A model generated the notes under the pieces. That model saw nothing but the letters and a program-made list of their open reading frames with translations, was not told the DNA's origin and searched no databases. A stretch of DNA of 64,000 nt. Origin: the human T2T-CHM13v2.0 reference genome, Homo sapiens. The stretch is from the NCBI RefSeq assembly GCF_009914755.1, contig NC_060940.1. One strand, given 5' to 3'. Both the position numbers and the translations under genes were made by a program. Below are positions 50,034 through 63,312 of the stretch, one piece after another. The number at the start of each line of letters is the position of its first letter. Position 1 is the first letter of the stretch.

Positions 50034-50149
50034 TGATGACCAAAAACTTCACTGATCACTCTGGAAGTTATTTAGTATTACTATGTGGTAAATACCGTGC
50101 TAAACAGTACTTTTCATGCGGCACCTCAATGAATATGACAATCTCTAGA

Positions 50150-50345
50150 ACATTGGTCCTCAAAGCACAGCCCCTAGACCAAGAACATCAACATCACCCA
50201 AAAACTTGAAAGAAATTGCAAATTCTCTGGGCTCACCCCATATTTTCTATTACATTAGAAACTCTGAGATTGAGGCCCAGTAATTTGTGTCTTAACAAGT
50301 CCTCCCAGAGATTCTGATGCCTGCTGAGGCTTGAGAACCACTGCC
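50150..50345. mobile_element. MER5A inserted in a reverse MIR (about 50060-50500)
   Basis: cattggtcctcaaag...aacaagtcctcccagagattctgatgc...ttgagaaccactg. Confidence 0.85.
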
Positions 50346-51099
50346 TAGAAATTAGGTGCTATTATCATCACTTTGCAATAAACACCTGAGGCCCAGAAAA
50401 GTAAAATGATGTGCAAGTCATACAGAAAGTGGACGAGACAAGCTTTGAACCCAGACAAGTCTAACTCCAGAGTTGAGGCCCTTAATCACAGTTCTACACT
50501 GCTCATTATCTGAGGAATAAAGCGTGGATTAAATCAGTGAACATCAGGCAAAACCATGCAAAATTGGGATAGGAGTGATCATTCTAAATCTCAACAGCTG
50601 AACCATAATGATGGGCCACAAGGAACAATGACACTTCTCAGAAACCTAAAATTTAACTTAAATGTTCGCCAAGATGGGAGTAGCTAAATAAATTATGATA
50701 CATTCACATAATGGAATATAATGCGGTTCTGTGAGTAATGTTTGCCAAGATTTCCAATGGCCTACAAAAATACTTAGAATATAAGAAGGGAAAAAATCAA
50801 ATGCAAAATCAAACAGAGACCAGGAGCACTAGTGTGGGAAGTTTCCCCAAAGCGTAACATGTTGGTGAGGATGTGGGAAACTGGGTAGTTTCACAAACTG
50901 TTGTTGTGACTATAAATTGGTGTTGTTACTTTGCAGGACAATCTGGCAATAGATGCTTCCATTTAAAAATGCACATGAATTAGGACCCAAAAATCCTATA
51001 TCTTAGAATCAACCCTAGAAAAAACACTTGCACATGTGCTTAGACATGTATAAAGATTATCACAGCTGTTTAGCTTCTAATAGGAAGCTTCAAAATCCC

Positions 51100-51535
51100 T
51101 AAATTAAATGTTTATAAGACAAATGATGAATTCTTGAGGTGATGAAAACCCCATTTACCCTGATGTGATTATCAAACATTGTATGCCTGTACCAAAATAC
51201 TTCACTTATCCCATAAATAAACACATTTTTGTATTGGGGGTTGGGGCGGGAGGTGGGGATGATCAATAGGGTAAAAAAAAACATAGAAAGAATGAATAAG
51301 ACCTACTATACGATAGCATAATAGGGTGACTATAGTCAATAATAAATGACTTGTGTATTTTAACATAAAGAATATAATTGAATTGTTTGTAACTGAAAGA
51401 ATAAATGCTTAGGGGATGGATACCCCATTCTCCATGACGTGCTTATTTCACACTGCACGCCTGTGTCAAAACATCTCATGTACCCCATAAATATATATAC
51501 CTACTATGTACCCACAAAATTTTTTTAAATAAAAG
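51100..51535 (+). mobile_element. Two tandem L1MA-type 3' ends inside older L1ME sequence (about 50660-51900)
   Basis: gaggtgatgaaaaccccatttaccctgatgtgatt...cccataaata, followed by a second 3' end gaatgaataagacctactat...gtaccccataaatatatatacctactatgtacccacaaaa. Confidence 0.8.
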
Positions 51536-51973
51536 AAAATTAACTCCTAAATTCCTACCATTATGCAGACTGGATAACTAAATCATGATACCATGATATC
51601 ATAGTGAAGAATGTGATGAGGGCTATGAGGTTAGACTTATCTGGGTTCAAATCTTTATGAGTTACAAAAAATATAGATACACTTGAGATACAGCCATAGA
51701 CAGACAGACAGATCGATCAATCCCAGGTGTAGGTTTCCAAGATATATTGTTGAGTAGAAAAAAAAGTTAAGTTGCAGGAAACAAAGTCTAATGTGACTTT
51801 TCTTACAAAGGAGATGAAAGAAAGAGAGAGGAGAGCAAAATAAAAGTCCCGTAAGTAAACACATAACATTCTGCATTTTCAGTGCGTATTTCCAACAATG
51901 AGTATGTAAGCAAGCAAACAATGACAACAGCAAAACTCTGATCCCACTTTGGGAGACAACAAGCCCTTTCTTA

Positions 51974-52657
<684 letters not shown>

Positions 52658-52789
52658 TCACACATCAATCATTTGCAGACATTCCTGAGCATCTACTATA
52701 TCCCAGACTCCAGAACAGATCCTGCAAATACAGAGAGGACAGAAGCCCCTGTACTCAGGAGCTCATAGCCAGGTCCTGGAAGGATGTCT

Positions 52790-53110
52790 GTAATTATTGC
52801 TTGCTTATCATCTATTCTTCTCATTTTCCTCTAGTTCGTCCTGCCCCTTCCTCCTTTGAGTCTATATGGTTCTAACAGAACAAACTCTATCTGACCCCCA
52901 CCCCAGCTCATGACCGGAAAATCAAGCCACGGAAATAAAACAGCATCAGCAAAGACAGTTTTCTAACGATATATTTGGAGCCCCTAGAGTCTGCCAAGTA
53001 TGAAGCCATTTCTCCTGGACCCCTTTGTTATACAAGCCAGTGAGTTTCTATGTTCATTTAAGGAGTTTGAGTAGGGTTTCTGTCACTTGAACATACGGCT
53101 CCCACATAAT
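52790..53110 (+). mobile_element. Old MLT1-type LTR fragment
   Basis: 3' end gtttgagtagggtttctgtcacttgaac...cataataca. Confidence 0.55.
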
Positions 53111-54033
53111 ACAGAGTATCATAAATACCATGTGGACATCTACCTTTTCAATCAACAAATATTTATCGAACACCTTATTAAGTGTTCTTAATAAGAATTA
53201 AGTGGAAGACAACTTCTACAAACTAAGAGCTAAAAGAGGTATATGAAGTGCTGAAGGAGAATCCAGGTGAGGAAGAGGAGAAGTGCATGGATGTTACAGT
53301 CAGAGGAATCCCGAGGATGCACTGCGACTATCTCAGAAGCTGTAGATGAATGCATCATGGCACCGAAAGGAGGCGGACGATACGATGTTGAAGAGCTTGG
53401 CAGAAATCCAAGCACATAGGGCCTATTCAGAGCATAAGGGAGAGTCACTGAATGCTCTCACCCTAGAAAGTGGCATGGTAACTTATGTCAGGTTAAAGGG
53501 CCTCTATTAGCCCTAACATCTCCACCCATCTACGATTGTGAGAACAAATTTCCATTTAGAAAAGGCAGGTGATGCATACAGTGGTACAATATACAAACTG
53601 CCTTCATACCCCCTAACTCATCAAATCCCCATAATGATCCTACAAAGTTGGTATTGCTGGCAGGGAAAACGAGGCTCAAAACAGTCACAGAGCAAGTAGA
53701 CATCTGTACCTCAGTGCCATGACTCTGCATCCTGCCCCCTTTCTGACACTCAATCACAGTCTTCCTGGGATCACTGAAGATCTGTATGGAACAGATGCTT
53801 AAACCACGTTGTTGACTTGTGGACATGGTGCAAAAATGCCAACTAAACAGAAGGTATGCCTCTGTGTTAGAGCAAAACAGGATTTGAGAAGTGCTGAGAT
53901 GTATTTCTTTCAGGGAACTGAAAGAATTATCAAAAGGTCCTCATCATATTACAGCCATGTTTTTATTTTGCGTTCTGTATTTACCATGAGTATTGAACAC
54001 AACCTCAACAAGATAACTTATGGGGATTCCACT

Positions 54034-54078
<45 letters not shown>

Positions 54079-54102
54079 TGTGTGTGTGTGTGTGTGTGTG
54101 TG
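54034..54102. repeat. Compound (GA)n(GT)12 microsatellite
   Basis: Directly visible. Confidence 0.95.
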
Positions 54103-55629
54103 AAAGGTGGATGTTCCATTCATGTTTTTCAGAACAATACTTTGTAGCTGTGCATGTCAATTCCTTCAACAAGTTTACATCACTTTCCCTGTGGGTGCTC
54201 ACTAAAAGTTCTATCAGAATGGGCCAAAAGCTATAGTTCTTCGAAATACTGCTCTTTTCTGAAATGCATGGGTTTGGGGGATAATTTGAGTGAAGCATGG
54301 CCTGAAGGCAGAGAAGAAACAAGAATAAATGTCTTCTGGGCCCCTTCCAACATTGCAGTTCCATGAATTTTACCTAATTAAATTAATTAAAGTGGGTAAT
54401 AGATTTAAAGACTTTGGATAATTATTGTTTTCCCGACAGTAGCTTTTGCAGAAATCTAATATTCTTGAATTGATTAACCATTTTAAATCACATCTCAACA
54501 AGACTGTGAGCTCCTCAAGGGCAGAGATTTTTGTTGTTTTCATCTTTATGTCCCCAGAACCTGGCAGAAGTCTTGGCACACCCATAAGTGGATGACAAGG
54601 GAATGAAGATGTGAATGAAGCCTAAAGGACTGTCCTTGGTTAAGACCAGAAATGGAAAGAATGGGAATTCAGTATCTGAGATTGTATTTTGTGTGGATTC
54701 TGAATATTGTGTCCAAAACAAAACAAAACAAAACCTTCAAGATCATCACCTACACCTTCCTACCCTGAGGAACTACCCAACCATCCAATACCCAACCTAT
54801 ATCTCAATGTATCCTTTATTGATAAAGAGGAGAATATAGAAGACCTATAAACCTCAGCAGTTGTCCACAGAACTTCATTAATGCCAAAATAGGGCAACAA
54901 GATAAAAAAAACCACCAACAGAAGACAACACAGAAGTAGAGTCTAAAGGCAATTATATTCGCCAACCTCACACACTGTGAGACGCCTCTTGGGATGGGGC
55001 AAAAATGTTCTAAATTACAAAAGAAATGTGATAGCTCCCATGTAAATGATGCCTCAAAGGAAGCCAGTCACCAGAGTTACCTTCTGACTGCAAAAGGTGG
55101 TGGATCAGCATCTTGCACTAAGTACACAAGGAATACAGAAAGCTCTCAACAAGACACACGCTAAAGGCACCATTGGAACCTAATAAAAAGGGTCTATGAG
55201 ACACTTCCTTGGGAAGATTGCTACTGGTGGAGAGGTGGAGGTCAGACATGCCAGATGGTGATGGAATGTGGGATCCTCCAACACCCTTGCTCTATGTACT
55301 CTGAGCTAGACATGACCAGGGTACCCATGAAAAGGTCTGTGCACAGAGCAAAGCTGTAAGCACACGCATCTTATCTGGTTCTCTACATGTAGAGAGGAGG
55401 GCATGGCTGCACTGTGAACTTCCTCAGGAGAAAGATAATTGGAGGGACAGCAGTTAATTGGCCCAGAGCCAGCTCGGCACAGGCCATCTGTGAAAGAGTA
55501 GGTGCAAAAACCCTTGCTTTGTGCTGTCTCCACCCCCTGTCATGCCAAACTTCAGCCCAAGCTGAATCTCTCCCATTACCCACTATGCTGATCCCCATTC
55601 GCAGCCTCTCTGCAGAAAATGGAGAATAC

Positions 55630-56105
55630 TAGAACCTCTGGGGTTGGACTACCCAGCTCCAATCCTCATTATGTGGCCTTGGATGGGGGGGAAAAAAAAC
55701 ACTCAGCCTTTCTAAGTCTCAGTTTTCTCATCTATAAAATGGGTGTGGCTATGGTAATAATGATCATAGTAAACATGCTAGAAATACTTACTCTATGAGA
55801 GTCACGTTGCTCCTCACTTTCTAGGTGCTATCTCATTTAATGCCACCCCCAACCACCTTATTAAGTTGGCACTAATAGTATGCCCATTTTACAAATGAAA
55901 AAAGACCCAGAAGTAGGGTGATTTTTCCAGGTTCGTACAGGTAGAAAATCAGGTTTGCCTGCCCTCAGGGTCTCGAGTTTTTACCTCTGCACTCTGCTGT
56001 TGCCAATAATGGTGCTTCCTCATTAAGTTGTAGGAATTAAATGATTCTCTTGTATCAAAACACCCAGTGTAGTGCCCATCAAGTATGAAGTATTCAGCAA
56101 ATATT
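55630..56105. mobile_element. MIR with a second, inverted MIR nested inside
   Basis: Forward core tctcagttttctcatctataaaatggg, then reverse core cccattttacaaatgaaaaaa, then forward tail gttgtaggaattaaatga. Confidence 0.65.
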
Positions 56106-57774
56106 TCACATCAGGAGATCATGCTATCTTTTGCAAGAGGTAATCCACACTCTGGACTTGGAGCATCTCAACAACTCACCCTGTTCAGAGCTGCCTGGTT
56201 GAAACTCTTAAAGCACCCCTTTAACCATGCCACTGCCCTGCTCTATAGTCATCAATAGCTCCCATAGGCCTACCATGTTAAGTTCAGACTCCCTAGCCTA
56301 CCCATCTATGTGCACCAGCTTTATAGTTGAAATACCATGAGCTCTAGGGTCTATTGAACCTAAATTCAAGTCCTGCCTCTGAGGGACTGTGGCTAACCTA
56401 GCCAGCCCCGTGGCTTTGAAAAAGTGCTTAATCTTTCTGGGCCTGAGTTTCTTTACCTATAAGATAGGAATAATGACCCTTCCGTCACATGGGTCTGCTG
56501 TGAGAATGGGATGAAAAGGTAGAAGTGGGAGACTCATCTGTCCACGCCTGACTTTGACAGTTTGGGTGCTTGTCTCCACATCCTCGGTCCTACAGACCAC
56601 ACAGACATCGTCAGAAACCTAAGAGGGTCCTCATCCTATTTCAAGAACTGGCCTCTCCAGGTCCACTGACATGCTGGTTTCAAATCCCCACCACCCCATG
56701 CAAACCAGCTCATTCATTCTGAGCCCAAGGAGCCTGTATAATGCAAAGAAGAAACTGCCTTTCCATACAGCAATGAATCCATGCTTTGGAGAGAAACCAT
56801 CCCTAATGTCCTTCCTGGGCATCATGCAGTTACCCTGTACTACTGTCATTTCTATTGGTATCTTAAAATTCAACCCAAAAACCACCATGGACCAAAAGCA
56901 TCATCTACCCCTTGGAGGGACAGAAGCAAGGGCCTATTTGCAAAATATAATTGCATAGCAGAGCAATGAAGAGGCTCACATTTAACTTTGGGATTTCCTA
57001 AGGTGATTTTATGAACTGGCAGGACATGATGGGGAATCTGGCCACACTCCCAGGGCCTGGCGTCCAATATGCCAAATAGCCCAAAGCCCCTGAACATCCT
57101 TTCCACTCCCTGTCTTGATGGTAGAGGCCACCTCTCCTGCACTTACCTCCTCCTGCCATGGCTCAGCCTGTATTTTTCGGATTCTACATATCAGCCTCTG
57201 ACCACCTCTGGCACTCGGCTTCCTTAGAATGTGCAGCTGGGGGAGAGGAACAGATTTCATACACCCACTTTGGTTCTGAAGCAAAAGCACTTCTCTCCCC
57301 ATGCTCACTGCTCTGCGGAAGACAGAACAAACTGTTTTAAACACAGAGCGAGGGAGGCAGGAGGGTGTGGGATTCTGGGTGTCTGCTCTAGACTCTGTGT
57401 TTCAGTACCATCATAACTGAGGACTCATTCAATCAGGTCTAGAGCATTCAATCCTGTTCCAGAATGTTCCAGAGCTTGCTCGGTCCCCAGGGTGACACCT
57501 GACTCCATGGGTACCAAAGCCTGGTGTTTCCTAGAGCATAATAGCAACTTACATTCCATTTACCCATTCATAAAGGTTACAAAGCCCATCCACACCCATT
57601 ATCTCTTTGATCCTAACTACTCAAGAGATAACGCAAGTGGCATAACACTCATGGATGGCATTTCTCCTAAAGACACAGGATGAGAGGTTAAATGACTTCC
57701 CTGAGATCTACATGGCCCCATGGTGATGGCAGCTCAGTCATCGTGAGATGCATCCAGTTTTCCCTTGCTCACAT

Positions 57775-57958
57775 CAGTGGCTCTCATTCCTGGCTGCACA
57801 TATGAATCCCTTGAAGAGTTATCAAAGAATAACCTATGCATTGTGCCCCATGCAAGTCTGATTGAAAGGGAATCTCTGTGGCCTGAGTATCTGAACTTTA
57901 AAGCTGATTTATTAGTTTTTCCTCTGTCTCTTCTCAACAGCAGTATGGTTGAGAAGTA
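57775..57958. mobile_element. MER5-family element
   Basis: cagtggctctcattcctggctgcacatatgaatccc...ggttgagaa. Confidence 0.6.
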
Positions 57959-58414
57959 GGTATTCAAGTTAGTATCTTTAAAGCCAAGTACAATGTCTGA
58001 CACACACTAGGGGCCTGATAAGTACTTGGGGAAGGATGAGAGGGGCAGGAGGCTTACACCCAAGAAGCATGAGAGAATTGGTCACTATTGTCAACCCCAC
58101 ACCCATTTCCACAACTTATTTTCCTGCTGTCTGCCAAGAAAAGGAAATAATGGAGGTAACTCAGCAACGATCCAGAGAGACTCCTGGGGAATTTGCATTC
58201 TCCTGTTGAGGATTGCCCTTGTGAGCCCTGGTAAGCCCTGATGTGCTTTCTGTTACTCTCATAGTGTATCAACTGAGCATTTCAACATATTTTATTTCAA
58301 TTTCCAGGGGTGAGAGGAAAAGTAAAAACATCAAATAAGCCTGGTAAGCCTGAGGATTCAGATGGATAGCATTCTCACGTGCACATAAGCTGAATTGGTC
58401 ACACTGGAAAACAA

Positions 58415-58525
58415 CTACTCCACCACCACCCACCTCCCTCCCCCTTCCTCTGTCATCATCATCCTCCATCATCATCACATACATCCTCCTCCTCCTCACC
58501 ATCATCATCATGACCATCATCATAG
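58415..58525. repeat. (CAT)n/(CCT)n low-complexity repeat
   Basis: Directly visible. Confidence 0.8.
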
Positions 58526-58887
58526 CCAATATCTCTCTTGGGCATATCCAATATGTAGCTCTATATAGCATACAGTGGGATGTCTTATTATTATCCCTGC
58601 ATTAAAGATTTTAATCTGGATCGTATGTGGTTGCCTAGTTGCGGAGAGGTGTGAATCTTGCATGTCCTTCAGACTGACAATTCTTGAGGGTAGGGCACCG
58701 TGCCCTCCTGACTTCTGCTCAGCACCTTGCAGACTGCTGGACCACTTCTTTGAGAAGGAAACTGGCACAAGCATCCCCCCTAGAGTGCAAGACTGCCCGT
58801 GGGCAGGAAAGGATCCCATGCTCTATGTACTTAAGCAGACCTGCCAGACCTACCACTCTAGAAAGAGACATTCATCCGTGGATTGTC

Positions 58888-59560
58888 TTTCATTCATTCA
58901 ACAAATTTAACAAACTCCAGCTCTGTACCAGGCATTGTTCCAGGAAAGTGAATCTAGGGAAGGAGGCTACCAAAGTGAAGGACCCTGATTCCATGAATTT
59001 TACATTCTTAGGGGAGGAGACAAACAAAGAAGGACATCAATAAATAGAACAATTGGCCGGGTATGGTGGCTCATGCCTGTAATCCCAGCACTTTGGGAGG
59101 CCAAGGAAGAAGGATAGCTTGAGGCCAGGAGTTTGAAACCAGTCTGGCCAACCCCAGAGTAAGACCCATCTCAAATTTTAAAAATTTGAATAAAACAAAA
59201 TAGAATAATTTCAAGGAAATCAAATGATGTCATAGTTCAGGAGTGGGGTGGAGAGAGGAGCCCCACTCTAGGTCATCTGATCTGCTACATTGGAGCTGAT
59301 CAAAATGATATGAAGAAGGAGTCATCCAGGCAAAGATTAGGGGCGAGATGAGAGTAGGGAGAGCCATTCCAGCAGAAGACACATATGCCAAGGTAAGCGA
59401 GGGTTCGTCAAGTTCAGGGAACAGAAGGAAAGTCAGAACAGCTGAAGTTTAAGGAGCAAGAGAGAGTGGTGAGACATGAGTTAGGACAGGAAGCAGAGGC
59501 CACATCACACAATGAATGCCCTGTAGTCAGGATAGGGAGTCTGTATCTAATTCCTAGGTC
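58888..59560 (-). mobile_element. L2 fragment interrupted by a FLAM
   Basis: ttcattcattcaacaaattt...gtaccaggcattgttccagg...gccattccagcagaag. Confidence 0.75.
59055..59200 (+). mobile_element. FLAM (Alu monomer)
   Basis: Single arm with TSD aatagaacaatt / aatagaataatt. Confidence 0.88.
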
Positions 59561-59726
59561 AACTGTATTGCAAACAACTCCTCTGCTAAATGTGCCACCA
59601 GTGTCTCCCAATAGGGAACCTGGGAGAAACCTGGAATTTGGGGGATTTTGTGTAAGATAACCCTGTTCTTCCCTCTGGAATTCTGATCTGTGCCAATAGG
59701 TAAGCCTACATTGACTAACATAGAAG

Positions 59727-59825
59727 GGCTGTCATACATAGAGGGGTTGCTGCTGAACTGAAGGAAGCAGCTTTATTTCTGGAATAAAAAGGAGTCTTTC
59801 AGGCTTTCCCATAACACTTGCTAGG
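59727..59825 (+). repeat. 99-bp dispersed direct repeat, copy 1
   Basis: 91/99 identity, ungapped, to 61441-61539. Confidence 0.95.
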
Positions 59826-60540
59826 TTATGACTTGAAAGATGCAGCCAGCATCTTTCGTTTGCTATATCATTTAGTCAACTGGTACTCTAACTTCAAATA
59901 TTGTGGCTAGAACTTCCATGTTTTCCTGGGAATTTCAGACCTTGTCCCAGTTTACCACCCAGAGCCAAGTTTCCCACTATCAAGTCCACAATGCCAGAGG
60001 AAAGAACACATAAATGCATGGAGAAATGTATTTCTTGATTCTCGTTGCAGCTGATTTAGGACAGCCCAATATACTGTACATTAATTAGGACCACACAATG
60101 ATCATTGCTCTTGAACTCAGCCCTGCTTTCTAGATCATTAGCAGGGCTGGCCAAAAGGAGGCCCTGCTGAGATTCAGACCCTTATTGTTATGCAAGGAAA
60201 CAGCAAAGACCCAAGCTGGCTTTACCTGGTGCTCTGTCAACATGCAGGTGAGCATCTGACTCCACGCTTCCAAACAGGGTCATTAGCAATTATGGATTGT
60301 CTGGGGCTAGGTCCAGCTAATCTCACACAGAAAGCAAGCCTGATTCCCACTAAAGCCAGAGGGAAATCCTACTGGACCAGAGACCATGGGGTTGGGTCTC
60401 TGAGGAGCTGATAAACTTAAGCACAAGGAAACAGCTTTATTTTGCAAGTCCCAACTGTGACTGGGCCCCTGGCCTTCTCTGTGCCTCTGAAACTATTTTC
60501 TTCAGATCCCTTTTTTTTCATGAAGCATGGGCCTCCCTGA

Positions 60541-60552
60541 GCCACCTGGTGG
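60541..60552 (-). promoter_or_regulatory. CTCF core-like motif CCACCAGGTGGC
   Basis: Matches CCASYAGRKGGC. Motif only; occupancy is unknown. Confidence 0.3.
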
Positions 60553-60554
60553 AT

Positions 60555-61040
60555 ATTTTTTATTCTGACCACTGAGCATCTGTTCTTCCTTTACTGGTAA
60601 TAGTGAATTCCCCCTGAGAGCCCTCATTTTCCTCTCTCTCAGTCAAGCCAATTGGCCCATAGTGCCAGTAATTAATTCGGGGGTGGAACATTTCCTAATC
60701 TGATCTAATCAGAGTGGCTTTCTGGATTTATGAAGAAAGGGACTAGGAAAAGACAGCTTCTTTTACTGTTAGACTTGAACTTGGATGGATGTTCTACCAG
60801 AATTTCTGGCAGCCACCCAACCACTATATACCATCCTAAGAAGAAAGCTATCAGACCCAAAGTTTAAGCTGTAAGATCGAGAGTTACCAAGTTCTGATAT
60901 CCATGTTGAACACCTTGTTCAAGCCACACCTGAAGACAAATTCTCTTGTTGTCAATTCCATGTCCCAATTAATTACCTCATTTTGCTTAAGCCAATTTGA
61001 TTAGCTTTTCTGTCACTTGCAATCAAAGATTACTGATGCC
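60555..61040 (+). mobile_element. Old MLT1-type LTR
   Basis: 3' end ttgcttaagccaatttgattagcttttctgtcacttgcaatcaaag. Confidence 0.65.
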
Positions 61041-61440
61041 ACTTTGGCTAGGAAAAAAATAATGTAACATGTTTAACTCATCTTCCTGAACTTGAATCAG
61101 AATAATTCAAACTACAGGGTAGTGCATCTCTCTTCATCATCCTTCCCTTTTCTTACCATTCTTCTCTTTTTCTTCATCATTCTTCCCTTTTTCCTGGGAC
61201 ACCCACCTCTCTTCACAAATCTCACTTTTCCCTGCATGAGCTCTTCATCTTTCCTCATTGTTTTTTGTTTTTCTCTAATATGTGCTGAGATTGGTTTCTT
61301 CTCAAAGACTCTGACAGCCACAACAGCCAAGACCAAGACTTAAGACATGACAAGTTGCCACCAATAATAATCGCTTATCATTAAGCTGTTCCAGCAAAGA
61401 GAAAAAGCAAACCAGTCCCGTTCATTAAGTTTTCGTCTCC

Positions 61441-61539
61441 GGCTATCATACATAGAGGAGCTGCTGCTGAACTGAAGGAAGCAGCTTTATTTCTGCAATA
61501 AAAAGGAGTGTCTTGGGCTTTCCCATAACACTTGCTAGG
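61441..61539 (+). repeat. 99-bp dispersed direct repeat, copy 2
   Basis: 91/99 identity, ungapped, to 59727-59825. Confidence 0.95.
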
Positions 61540-62308
61540 GGCAGGCCCTGGTGGTAAACATTATCGTCGAAATGTCCATTTCAAAAATATCCCAGTGTTC
61601 TCAAAGAAATGTCTCCAAACAGCTCTGAATGCTCAAGTTCCAGAAGAAATTGCTTCTTCTCCCTTTGGGAGTCTGTATGTTCCTGTTATCAAAGGCACAG
61701 ACACTGGTACCAAATAGAGGGTTCAAATTTCAGCTCTTTCTCTTACTGGTGTCTGGGCCTTGGACAAAATCCTTACTAGCTCTGAGGCTCCATTTTCTCA
61801 TTTTTTTTTTTAAATGGAGGGAATTTTATTCCCTACCTTAAAGAGGTTGTTGTGATTGGGATAATGCATGTATTACTCTGAGCACATACCGAGAGCTCCA
61901 TTAATGAGAGCTGTGATTATGGTGGCTGTTGTAATCAAGAAAGAATCAACCACAATGACAGCAACAAAACCCAAAACACTACAACCCACAAACACAGCAC
62001 TAATGCAAATACAAACAGCTCCCCTGTGGCTTTTTTCCACGTCTTCTAAATGACACAACTTTGCAGCACCATGGCAAAGGAGCTCTTATCGCGTGCCAAG
62101 CACTGAGGTGAAAGCAGGTTGACAACCCATCCCAATGTTAAACCTGAATGTTCCGCTTTGCAGGAACCCTTTCAGTCCTGGACAAATCAGGACAATCAGT
62201 CGATCACACAGAGATCTTCAAGTGCATTTATTTAATCCTCACACTAATGTTTCAGGGAATATTTCTATTCCCATTCTACAGTTAAGGAAGTTGGGGCTTA
62301 GAGAGAGG

Positions 62309-62450
62309 CAGTTCTCAAACTCCAATGAGCATAAGAATCACCTTGGATCTTGTTAAAACACAGCGGGTGGGGGCTGGGGCATTGCAAGCAAGCTCCCGAG
62401 TGGCATCAGTTGCTGCTAGTCCATGGACCAAGCTTTCAGTAGCAAAGTTC
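62309..62450. mobile_element. MER5A-like element inside a reverse MIR
   Basis: cagttctcaaact...cataagaatcacc...cttgttaaaacacag...tagtccatggacca. Confidence 0.7.
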
Positions 62451-63312
62451 TAGAGGTCAAGTCACATGGCATGCCCAATATCATGCTGCAAGCATCTCTC
62501 AGAGTGATGGTTCTGACCCAGGGGTCCTGGTGCCAGGTGACCTCTGTCCATCCCAGGGAGGACTAGGCAATGACATAAGACAGTGTCTGATGTCTAACAT
62601 TCTCACCACCGTGTGTTTCCTTCAGGTATATCACAGGTATGTCATGCCTGTCAGTCCCCATCGTCTTATCCAGCAAAACACTTTCAGTTATGAGTCAGAA
62701 CATACTGCATGGGAGTAAAGGAAGAGGGGCCACCCTGGGGTGAACCGCCTCACTCCTGGGAGAGAACTGAAGCCATCCAGGAACGAGAAGAGCACAGAGA
62801 GAGAAGGAAGCACCGGTCAGTCCTATGGTGCCCATGGCCATCTGCCAAGCAAAGAAAATGACCCCAGGGTATGCATAGCCACCCTTCTCTGCATGCCAGC
62901 GCTGCAGCTCACAAATGTACGCAAGTGGCTGGGTCTCCCTGAGCCTCCATTTTTTTCATCTATAAAATGGACCTGGCAGTTTTCTAATTACCTGGAGGGG
63001 AGCTGGGGTATCTGTAACAGGGTAATGAGCAAGAGCTCCATGAACTGAAAGGTAGGGGACTAATGTGGGAGCTCACTGAGGAAATAGGAAACAGCTGCCG
63101 CCTCCTCTCTCCCCTCCACCTCCACGGTGCTCCCAGAACACACTGTCCAGGTCTCTATTGTCAATCGTCACCAGGTATTTTAGGTGTCTATTTAAATAGC
63201 TGTCTCCATGCAACCAGATTAATGCTAATTCATCTGTACAGTAATAGCACACAGCCCAGCTCCCAGTACATGGGGAGCTGAGAACACATTCAGTGAAGGT
63301 ATAAGTAAGCAG

